Source: Escherichia coli (GTDB lineage Bacteria > Pseudomonadota > Gammaproteobacteria > Enterobacterales > Enterobacteriaceae). From it: DNA of 64,000 nucleotides. Location: assembly GCA_032372955.1 (NCBI GenBank), contig GCA_032372955.1_4725.1, one strand, 5' to 3'. How positions within the stretch are numbered: position 1 is the first letter of the stretch; the number at the start of each line of letters is the position of its first letter. This document shows positions 47,007 through 55,292 of the stretch, piece by piece. A model generated the notes under the pieces. The model was not told the DNA's origin and made no database searches. It saw only the letters and a list, made by a program, of their open reading frames with translations. Position numbers and translations under genes: made by a program.

Positions 47007-48614
47007 TTAAAATTCTAAATCAAATTGTAATTCATTACTCGGTGCTGCGTTTTCATCGAACTTGTTCCACGGACCTTTACCTCCCTCGGAGACAGGTTGT
47101 CCGCCAACCTTGCGGCAATATACTGCTTTCTTACCGTAATCATCAGGAAGCATCCCGATGGTTTGGAATGGCATCGCGAAATGTTTGTCTTCAGGTTTCG
47201 TTGAACCGTTATCCGGTTGACGGTCTTTCCCTAATGCAAAGACCTGCCAGCTTTGACGTTTGCCGGGTTCCTTAACGATATCAACAATCACTTCAAGGTC
47301 AATCTCGCGGTCAATCCCTTTACAACCATCCCAGTAACTTAAACCTGCGACCTGGTCAACGAACTCTTCATCGTTACCATCACGTGCACGCATCTTCGCA
47401 TCGGATGACAGCTGGTGTACGGTCATGCCTAAAATACGTTTAACGCTGCAGAGGTTACGGACTTTGTTAAAGAGTTCTTGGAGCCATGCGCCGGTCGGCC
47501 CATTTCTATCCAGCCCTTCCGATGAGAACATTTTCAGATAGTCAATGAACAACGCCATGACTTCATAACCCATGCGTTCGAAATGGTCGATGAGATTAGC
47601 GAGTTGTTTATAACTCATCCCATCAACACGACGCATACAAACAGAGAAACCCGCATCATTGAACACCTTCAACACATAACGTGATGCCTCGCGAGGGTCA
47701 ATCTTACGAATATCGACATATTCGCCCGTTTCCTGTTCTCGCATGTTCTTGTATATTTGAAGCGTGTTTTCTTCCACTTCGTTTTCTGTCGACAAATGAA
47801 TCAGTAATGCTTTCTTTGCTCGCTCCGGAAAAAAGAAATGGGGTTTATTGTACAGTGCCAGATGCGTGAACAGTTTTAACAACACACCTGACTTGTTCCG
47901 GTGCTGCATCGCACCAATCAGTCCTAAGGTACCGCGACGTAAAACACCGACCGACCCCAACATTTTATTAAAACCTTGCCAGCCGGTTACAAACCCACCT
48001 TCAGGACTGTTACGTTCCATCGCTTTGACGAACATACGTTCAACTTTCTCGATATCGTCTTCACTGTCAGCGATAAAGCCGTCAATCATACACGACATCT
48101 CTTCGGGATTTTCGGTATCCATTTCGATACTGTCTAGCGATAATTTCAAATTCGCCATCGCATCGAAAAATTCTTTATCCCCAAGTCGCCCGTTACTGAT
48201 ATCCATGTACGTGTTTCTAAAGGTTTCGAAAACACGACGACGGGTAATCAGATTACGTAATTCGTTGTAATAGAGTGAACAGACCTTACTGATATGAGCG
48301 TCGTCTTCGATATCGTACAGTCCGTCGGCGAGAATCTCGTAAAGATTGCTTTGCTCAAGGCAATCTAAACGTATCCTTTGTAACAACTGTTGTTTATCGA
48401 AAGGTTCCGATAATGGTTGTTCCAACATCCAATGAATGGTATTCATCAGGTTGTTGAAAACCTCTCTATCTACGTCTGTAGCGAGATGGTTTTTCGGGGG
48501 TTCGACTTTATCTAAGACGGATTTAACATGTTCGATCGTACTGGGATCGGGATGGTTCAATTGTGCATTACGAAACAGTAACGTAATAATCTTAATGGCT
48601 ATCTGTTTTGGGTC
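47007..48614 (-). CDS. DnaB-like replicative helicase with degenerate Walker A
   Basis: RRGTLGLIGAMQHRNKSGVLLKL aligns to the DnaB Walker A block (GDLIIVAARPSMGKTTFAMNL) but has NKS in place of GKT; MALFIDYLKMF matches Walker B (LIMIDYLQLM); ILGMTVHQLSSD matches H3 (VVALSQLNR); start taken at ATG 48614 (AAAGGA site), track start is 48701. Confidence 0.55.
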   Translation of the reverse strand, partial: DPKQIAIKIITLLFRNAQLNHPDPSTIEHVKSVLDKVEPPKNHLATDVDREVFNNLMNTIHWMLEQPLSEPFDKQQLLQRIRLDCLEQSNLYEILADGLYDIEDDAHISKVCSLYYNELRNLITRRRVFETFRNTYMDISNGRLGDKEFFDAMANLKLSLDSIEMDTENPEEMSCMIDGFIADSEDDIEKVERMFVKAMERNSPEGGFVTGWQGFNKMLGSVGVLRRGTLGLIGAMQHRNKSGVLLKLFTHLALYNKPHFFFPERAKKALLIHLSTENEVEENTLQIYKNMREQETGEYVDIRKIDPREASRYVLKVFNDAGFSVCMRRVDGMSYKQLANLIDHFERMGYEVMALFIDYLKMFSSEGLDRNGPTGAWLQELFNKVRNLCSVKRILGMTVHQLSSDAKMRARDGNDEEFVDQVAGLSYWDGCKGIDREIDLEVIVDIVKEPGKRQSWQVFALGKDRQPDNGSTKPEDKHFAMPFQTIGMLPDDYGKKAVYCRKVGGQPVSEGGKGPWNKFDENAAPSNELQFDLEF

Positions 48615-48656
48615 CATCGACTCAATCCTTTCGATACTTGCAAAGAGGTAATCATA

Positions 48657-49277
48657 ATGAAGGAACTCCGATATCTCGTCGTTCCGAATTGGGTAGAACA
48701 CGCGATTATTCGAAATGCGCGTGATGACTTACAGGTGTTATTAGATCCTAAAAGTCTTTTCGGCATACTATCGCCCAATGATGTAGGTTTTTATTTCGCA
48801 GCCCAGAACGTGCCTTTCTTCATCACGAAAGAACACGAACAAGCGAACCCTGCGGTTCATCTTAACAACCTGCTTGGTGGTATGTTTGCGTATCACTATG
48901 ACGAAACAGGTTTGCCGCCAGAGAAGAATGTTGATGTGCTGTGTGAGTACATCAATCGTTATGACAATGGTTATTACCATTTACTGACGAGCTATCCGCG
49001 TGATATTGAACGTCGTTTGGCGGATCCAACTTACAGCCCAGACAAACGTCCGTTGAGTGTTCGGGTGCGTTATGTTAATGAGGATGTGATCGCGATTGTT
49101 GTCGATTGTCTTCCTTTATTGGCAGAAGAGTTATTGAGCGATCGTATTGCTGATAACTACAGCGCCGTTATTGAACACCTGCGAATTAATATGAGTCTTG
49201 CGGAAGTTGCGCAATTGCCGCTGTTCCGTTCATATTGCACCAATCGTTCCATCCATTATCGCCTGCGTCGTTTGTGA
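48657..49277 (+). CDS. Hypothetical protein (206 aa)
   Basis: ORF with AAGAGG before the ATG; divergent from the helicase gene. Confidence 0.5.
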   Translation: MKELRYLVVPNWVEHAIIRNARDDLQVLLDPKSLFGILSPNDVGFYFAAQNVPFFITKEHEQANPAVHLNNLLGGMFAYHYDETGLPPEKNVDVLCEYINRYDNGYYHLLTSYPRDIERRLADPTYSPDKRPLSVRVRYVNEDVIAIVVDCLPLLAEELLSDRIADNYSAVIEHLRINMSLAEVAQLPLFRSYCTNRSIHYRLRRL

Positions 49278-49426
49278 CGTAGGGAAAAGTTATGCGGCAT
49301 TTTTAGTGTTGTATCACGACCTCAATAACGGTAAGTGTTTACTGATACTATAGTGGCGCATGCACGCGTGTACGCTATGGTCTATCGACCGACTTATATA
49401 AGTTAATTCTGTAAAGGATACTTTCA

Positions 49427-51649
49427 ATGAATGATAAAACCCTTCTTAGCCAACAGGTCGCGGCCACTCGCCAGTTCCTGACCGCTAATGGTAGCAAACC
49501 AGCAGACAAAGGTCTGGAGAACACCTTCCTGTCTATGGAATCTGCTTCTAAGGTTGATTTCAAATCCATGGACAAACTGGTTAACGAAATGGATGTTAAG
49601 AGCTTCAGCAGCGACATCCGTAAAGCAGAAGAACCGGTTCTGTCCATGCTGGGCTTCGAAACCACCACTCCGGAAGAGAAGCAGCGTATTGAAGAACAGC
49701 TGTTCACCATGAACGCACAGCAGGCTCGTGCAGCAGCACTGATCATGCTGGCTCATGGCAACCCGGTGGAATATGCTAAACAAGCACGTTCCATGAACAT
49801 CAGCACCACTCCGTCTGGCCGTGAAGTTGACAGCTCTAACTTCGTCATGATGGCCGCCGATTCCTGCGGTTGCGAATCTGAAGAACTGGTTCAGCTGTCC
49901 TACGACCAGAAAGAACTGCGTGACATGATGCCGTACTCCGTTGTGTTCAACGTGAAGGCTTCTCGTCTGAGCCGCATGGGTAACGAACTGTACAACACCA
50001 TCGTTCTGGCTCCGAACCAGATCGGTTACGACGTATCTTTCCGTCGTCCGCTGGTGTTCAACCACCTGCGTCGTAACGCTGACGGTACTCCGGCTGATTG
50101 GGTACGTCGTCCGCTGCTGGATGCGTTCATGTACAACGACGTTCTGTCCAACGACGTGACCGATCTGCATCCGATCTATCGTGCTGACGATGCTAACGCG
50201 CAGTACTTCGTTGACAAAACTATCGTTGCTCCGCGTGACATCGAAATTAAAGGCGTAACTTACAAAACGTCTTACCTGGCCGTTGATAAACTGATCGACA
50301 TGATCGGTATTGCTGAAGACGATAGCATCCTGGCTAACGGTTACAGCGACAACACCGACGCGCTGGACGCTCAGATCACGCTGACCAAAATCCTGGTGGA
50401 AATCAAATCCACCAAACACAGCAAAACCTCTTACGTACCGTTCGACGTATCTGGTCTGATCACCAACGGTTTCCAGAAATCCCTGGAAGGCGACTTCCGC
50501 AAAATGACCCTGGCGTTCGACACCCACTCCATCTTCGTTGATGAGAACACCGTTGACGTTAAAGGTGCACGAGCTGAAGCGCTGCAGGACATCATCGATT
50601 CGAAATCCGCTGCTCAGCTGGCAATCGAAGTTTACGGTTCTTCCAACGTAGAGAAAGCCGGTCTGCGTGTTAACGGCGCTAACGCTGAACTGTATCGTCT
50701 GGTCGATCGTGACAACATCGAACAACCGCGTAAGGGCGAAGAGTTCAAACAGCTGGCTGAAGACCTGAGCTTCAAACTGGTTGGTTACGAACTGCGTATC
50801 CGCCGTAACAACAGCAACCGTCGTGAGCGTGGTAAGCACCTTGACTTCAACATGAAGCAAGAACGTTACGCAATCGGCCTGCTGGCTCCGTTCTCCATTC
50901 CTCGTCCGCTGGATTGGGAAGAAAACGCTGCTGACCTGGACGTTCTGATCCAAGCTGCTAACGCACGTTTCGACAACCTGATGGTTGAGAAACTGTTCAG
51001 CTACAAAGACGCACTGAAAGCGGTTGCGACCTCTCGCTTCCGTCAGTTCGGCGACATCCAGATCGAAGGTTTCGGTCGTTACCTGATCCGTCCGTGGTTC
51101 GAAGAAATCAATCTGGACCTGGAGAAATCTGTTCAGGGTACCACCACTGCAGAACGTCGTGCTGAAGTGTCCGCTGCGATCATGAACGTGATTCGTGAGA
51201 TGGCATACCGCATGTACTCCGAGTCTGGTTATCAGCCAGCTCTGCAGCTGCTGTCTTCCAACGCTGATGAGAAACCGCGTTGCGTAGTAGCAACTGACAA
51301 CTACATCCCGCAGTTCCTGCAGACCGATGGCGATTTCCGTACCGTTGGTGTGAGCTTCAACTTCGTGGTTGTAGATAACCCGAACGTCATGCTGCGCGAT
51401 AAGATCTTCGTGACCCTGTCTCGTGGTATCCAGGGTTCTCCGGATCCGCTGACCTTCGGTATGTTCCTGTATGTACCGGAACTGGTATCTGTTGCTCAGG
51501 TTACCCGTAACGGTCAGGTTTCTAAAGAAACCATGGTTCAGCCGCGCTGCCGCTTCGTTAACAACTGCCCGCTGCTGGGTCTGATTAACGTTGTGAACCT
51601 GCGTAAGGTCTACACTGAAAACATCAAGCTGCCTGTTCAGACTAACTGA
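49427..51649 (+). CDS. Highly expressed virion structural protein (740 aa), major capsid protein candidate
   Basis: Strongest host-optimised codon usage in the window, producing a 766-aa mirror ORF on the minus strand; size fits jumbo-phage major capsid proteins; followed by a hairpin-TATGC element. Confidence 0.5.
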   Translation: MNDKTLLSQQVAATRQFLTANGSKPADKGLENTFLSMESASKVDFKSMDKLVNEMDVKSFSSDIRKAEEPVLSMLGFETTTPEEKQRIEEQLFTMNAQQARAAALIMLAHGNPVEYAKQARSMNISTTPSGREVDSSNFVMMAADSCGCESEELVQLSYDQKELRDMMPYSVVFNVKASRLSRMGNELYNTIVLAPNQIGYDVSFRRPLVFNHLRRNADGTPADWVRRPLLDAFMYNDVLSNDVTDLHPIYRADDANAQYFVDKTIVAPRDIEIKGVTYKTSYLAVDKLIDMIGIAEDDSILANGYSDNTDALDAQITLTKILVEIKSTKHSKTSYVPFDVSGLITNGFQKSLEGDFRKMTLAFDTHSIFVDENTVDVKGARAEALQDIIDSKSAAQLAIEVYGSSNVEKAGLRVNGANAELYRLVDRDNIEQPRKGEEFKQLAEDLSFKLVGYELRIRRNNSNRRERGKHLDFNMKQERYAIGLLAPFSIPRPLDWEENAADLDVLIQAANARFDNLMVEKLFSYKDALKAVATSRFRQFGDIQIEGFGRYLIRPWFEEINLDLEKSVQGTTTAERRAEVSAAIMNVIREMAYRMYSESGYQPALQLLSSNADEKPRCVVATDNYIPQFLQTDGDFRTVGVSFNFVVVDNPNVMLRDKIFVTLSRGIQGSPDPLTFGMFLYVPELVSVAQVTRNGQVSKETMVQPRCRFVNNCPLLGLINVVNLRKVYTENIKLPVQTN

Positions 51650-51747
51650 ACTACCGTAGCTGCTTCGTTGGACGATATTCTTGACGACAACGTTGCGGAT
51701 GGTTTCATTGCACCGGACATTCATCCGGCACCGTGATACATAAGTCA

Positions 51748-51789
51748 GCCTCCCTCAGCCCGTAAGGGTTGGGGGAGGTTTCTATGCCG
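51748..51789 (+). terminator. GC-rich hairpin followed by TTTCTATGCCG
   Basis: CCTCCC-tcagcccgtaagggttg-GGGAGG, then TTTCTATGCCG; ~100 bp after the stop at 51649. Confidence 0.5.
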
Positions 51790-51811
51790 TTTACGTTGTG
51801 AATAGAAAAAA

Positions 51812-51830
51812 TTTGACGCTTACATTACCT
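51812..51830 (+). promoter_or_regulatory. Conserved promoter-like box TTTGACGCTTACATTACCT (copy 3 of 3)
   Basis: Shares the ACATTACCT core and the downstream AGGTGACAGA with copies 1 and 2; ~155 bp upstream of the start at 51986. Confidence 0.45.
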
Positions 51831-51985
51831 AGGTGACAGACGCCTGCGATGAATAAGGCATAGACAACACGTAAGGTCGTTCTCGCGCTAGGAACGATGC
51901 TGAAACCGTCGGCTGTCGGCTCGATAAGAACAAGAAAAGGGAAATGCGTTATGCGTGATAGTTTTCAATCAGATGGAGGTTGACG

Positions 51986-53422
51986 ATGCCCTCCATGCCA
52001 ATATGTGATACCGCGTTCGAACCGTGGGATGGTACGCACGCTTATCGCATTGACGGTTATGCTGAACCGTTATATGACCTGGAATTAGGATGGGCATGTA
52101 TTAATGAATCTGGCCATACCGTGTTGGTGATCACCTCCGACAATATGTTCCAGTACATTCCTGGTAGGGTTGAGGACGGCAATACATTCAGGATCGTACG
52201 ACGTTCAAAATTTCGTAGTCCTGTAATAGTTGACAGCCATGACGTATCTAATGCGAATGGTGCATTCAGAAACTTCGTCTACGCGGGTAGACGTCGGGAT
52301 ATACTCCGTGTTAAAAACGGCACAGGTTACGCGATAAGGAAACCGCATATCCGTCGTATTGTTAACACAGAGAAAATGCCGCGTCTACTAGACCAGCAAG
52401 ACTGGTACGATACGCTGGATGAAATATGTCAAATTGACCTCAACACGTTGAACTTTAATCAACCCGCATATGTCGCGCAAATCAACGTGGCAATCGTAAA
52501 AGTTAAAGGAGAATACAAAAGCGCAGACCACGTTACGAAAGGGATTGATCACCCCTACATCGCAACGTGCGCGCGGAGCTTGACGGGAAAAACAGAGGGT
52601 TTCCGAATTCTCGGAACGCAACTCACTATCCATTGGACGCCACCCGACTTTCATAATCCGTATAGCTTATGGGTTAACGTGTTAGGGAAAGCGTTCGAAA
52701 TAAAACCAACGAATGGAGCAGGCGCGCCAGGTATGTTGGTTACCTTCGGGAATAATGACTCCATCTTCGTACCGGTCGAAGATTTGGAAAAAGAGATGTG
52801 GAAGTACAATGTTTTTCCGACACGTGAATCGGCATTGCATTGGCGCGACCCCGTCCAAAAAGAAGCCTACAAAAATGATTTCGACCAACGTAGCTACGAA
52901 CGTAAGGCATCGGAAGAAACCCTTAAAGGGGTGATGGCTGAAATGCGACGTATGGCGGATGAACACAAGGCAGTTATCGCACAGATGCATGAGGCGCATC
53001 GCGCCGACGCAAAGCTGCGCGATGAACAACATAAAGCCGAACTCGATCAGCTTAAAGACGAACAAAAACGTAGGATGGAACAACACCAAGCCGAAATGAA
53101 ACGTCAAGATGATCTACGTAAACAAATACACGAAGATTATCAAGCTGATTTAAAACGTCGTGATGATGAGGCTAAACGCAAACATGAAGAATTCGTCGCT
53201 GAACTTCGTCGTCGAGATGAAGAATCCAAACGTAAGCACGACGAGTTTGCTGCTGAGATACGCCGACGTGATGAAGAGGCAAAAAGACAACGTGAAGCGG
53301 AAGAAGCGCGACGTCAACGTAACGTCGATGTTTGGAAAGCCGCTGCGAGTATAACTGCGGCCGTTGTCGGTATAGGTATGACCTTTTTCAAGATTCTTGA
53401 GAAGGCGTCATCGAAAAAGTAA
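51986..53422 (+). CDS. Tail-anchored protein with E/R/K-rich repeat helix and C-terminal transmembrane segment
   Basis: ATG at 51986 follows GGAGG (track start 51980 is TTG); three tandem 18-aa repeats KRRDDEAKRKHEEFVAE / LRRRDEESKRKHDEFAAE / IRRRDEEAKRQREAEEAR; C-terminal AAASITAAVVGIGMTFFKIL. Confidence 0.55.
   Translation: MPSMPICDTAFEPWDGTHAYRIDGYAEPLYDLELGWACINESGHTVLVITSDNMFQYIPGRVEDGNTFRIVRRSKFRSPVIVDSHDVSNANGAFRNFVYAGRRRDILRVKNGTGYAIRKPHIRRIVNTEKMPRLLDQQDWYDTLDEICQIDLNTLNFNQPAYVAQINVAIVKVKGEYKSADHVTKGIDHPYIATCARSLTGKTEGFRILGTQLTIHWTPPDFHNPYSLWVNVLGKAFEIKPTNGAGAPGMLVTFGNNDSIFVPVEDLEKEMWKYNVFPTRESALHWRDPVQKEAYKNDFDQRSYERKASEETLKGVMAEMRRMADEHKAVIAQMHEAHRADAKLRDEQHKAELDQLKDEQKRRMEQHQAEMKRQDDLRKQIHEDYQADLKRRDDEAKRKHEEFVAELRRRDEESKRKHDEFAAEIRRRDEEAKRQREAEEARRQRNVDVWKAAASITAAVVGIGMTFFKILEKASSKK
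53149..53316 (+). repeat. Intragenic tandem repeat (3 x ~54 nt) encoding the E/R/K-rich helix
   Basis: Repeated cgtcgtgatgatgag / cgtcgtcgagatgaagaa / cgccgacgtgatgaagag units in frame. Confidence 0.5.
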
Positions 53423-53461
53423 CTTTAATCTGCTTAAGCAACTTTCTGAAAGGAGTGTGTG

Positions 53462-55258
53462 ATGGATCCTAGATTCTGCAAAGCTGTCGCTGAGCTTGCA
53501 CCGAAGATGAACGAGAAGATAGCACGCAACATCGTCGTCGATAAGATGCAAGATGTTGAGTCCTATGTTGATCGTCTTTGGCGGAACAGCAAAGATAGTT
53601 TACCTAAGGATCTGGTGTATCATGGCCTGCGTCGCTGCATGGCCCGCGAACAGTTCCACTACTTAAGCGGAGGAAAGAAAACCAAAGGGAAGGATAGCGG
53701 TAAGCTGACCTTCGACCTTGCGCCTTCCGATGTGTTTATGGTGATGCTGGAATTCCGCTGGTACGGCGCAATGGAATCAGGTGACCGTCGTGAACCAGGA
53801 AAGGACTACTGCATTATCCGACACCCTCTCCTATTGCCCGCGGTAGGTCAGGGTGGTAAAATGCGTCTACGTGGTGCGAACTTCATTCTCAGTGCGGTGC
53901 TCGCTGACCCTGTAATCAGTTACACGAAAGACATGGCGTTCATCATGCTTCCGCGTGACAAAATCACGGTTAAACGTACACCGTATCAGTTCCTGAGCAA
54001 TGATACACCGACCGGTATCGATTATCGTCATTACCTATCATTACCCTGGTCGCAAATCTATCATCTTACCAAACAAAGTAAAGTGAACGGTGACAACATC
54101 AACCACACCAGCGTAACCACACTGGGTCACTATCTCTTTGCGAAGTATGGGGTGGGTGAGTGTTTCCGACGTTTTGCAGGCGTCGAAGCCGTAACCGGAC
54201 GGAACCTTGCTGAACGTGATTTTCCGCGCGACCAATGGGTAATCTATCGCACCATGGGGGTTATTCCTAAAGGCTTTAGTATCAGCAAAAGCGGTAAAAG
54301 CCGTAGCGCTAGCGCTGTACGTTACAAGCATCCTGATATTCAAATTGCCGTAAGACGTGGAGGCACGGAACGTATTGTTCTTGGCCTTGTCGGCGCATTC
54401 TTGTATCTCATCGACCGTTATTACGATCGTTTTCCGGAAGACTATCCGGTTGAAGAGTTCGCGAATGCGCCAGACCATTGGCGTACATTACTCGGTTTGA
54501 TTATCTTTAATAACAACAATGCAGATGCGCGTTTGTTGCGTGATGTAAACCACCACATCGACAGTCTCGATCTTTACGTTGACGAGATTCAGCAGAAGAA
54601 GTTCAAACAGGAAAATATTCCTTGCGATGACTTCTACGAATTTATGGCGTATCTGATTGACAATGTTACTATCGAAATGAGTCGTGTTGATACCACGACG
54701 ATGTTCGGTAAGGAATTGATGGTGTTGGAATATGTCATGGAGGATGTGCGTAAGAGCATCTTTAAACTGGGGTTCCATCTTAAAACCACAGAACGTGGTA
54801 AACGACAGAACAACCGTAAAGAGATGACCAATCGCGATGTACAGAAGGCGTTGCGAAATCAAGTTGCGACGGAAGCGATTCTCAATATCCAGAGCAATCG
54901 TGATAAGCGTGAGAAAGTGGCAACATCGATTCAGTCACCTGGTGATTGCATGCTGTTCAAAGTGAGCACGCATGTTGTTCTCCAGAGCCAAAATGCAGGC
55001 GGTGCTGCATTGGCTGACGAGAGTCGTTTGGTTAGTGGTTCCATCCCGTTCTGTGCAAGCTATCTGAATCTTCCACACTCCGAACCAACCGGACGTCAGA
55101 AGTTCAGTATGTACGCACCTATCGACGAACGTGGTCGGTTAATCATTACCCCACAAATTGCAAATGACGTTGCAGCAACCAATGCAGGCTTGAAGAAAGA
55201 CGTCGGTCGATTCGATGAAGAAATTGTAGAAATTAACGATCACGACATAATCGATTGA
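53462..55258 (+). CDS. Hypothetical protein (~598 aa)
   Basis: ORF with AAAGGAGTGTGTG before the ATG. Confidence 0.55.
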   Translation: MDPRFCKAVAELAPKMNEKIARNIVVDKMQDVESYVDRLWRNSKDSLPKDLVYHGLRRCMAREQFHYLSGGKKTKGKDSGKLTFDLAPSDVFMVMLEFRWYGAMESGDRREPGKDYCIIRHPLLLPAVGQGGKMRLRGANFILSAVLADPVISYTKDMAFIMLPRDKITVKRTPYQFLSNDTPTGIDYRHYLSLPWSQIYHLTKQSKVNGDNINHTSVTTLGHYLFAKYGVGECFRRFAGVEAVTGRNLAERDFPRDQWVIYRTMGVIPKGFSISKSGKSRSASAVRYKHPDIQIAVRRGGTERIVLGLVGAFLYLIDRYYDRFPEDYPVEEFANAPDHWRTLLGLIIFNNNNADARLLRDVNHHIDSLDLYVDEIQQKKFKQENIPCDDFYEFMAYLIDNVTIEMSRVDTTTMFGKELMVLEYVMEDVRKSIFKLGFHLKTTERGKRQNNRKEMTNRDVQKALRNQVATEAILNIQSNRDKREKVATSIQSPGDCMLFKVSTHVVLQSQNAGGAALADESRLVSGSIPFCASYLNLPHSEPTGRQKFSMYAPIDERGRLIITPQIANDVAATNAGLKKDVGRFDEEIVEINDHDIID

Positions 55259-55292
55259 CACATAACCGAATAAATAAAAAGGATCGTAAGAA

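Noticed and set aside
47007-48701. Possibility that the 564-aa minus-strand ORF is a terminase large subunit or other ATPase
   Set aside because: No canonical Walker A, but the block order matches the DnaB helicase C-terminal domain instead, so it is called DnaB-like; the upstream 29 codons lack a ribosome-binding site, so the start is moved to 48614.
49424-51724. 766-aa minus-strand ORF covering the whole major-capsid-candidate gene
   Set aside because: Mirror ORF created by the strong codon bias of the plus-strand gene; its translation is low-complexity (V/Q/F/T-rich) with no ribosome-binding site, whereas the plus-strand gene has a start context and a terminator.
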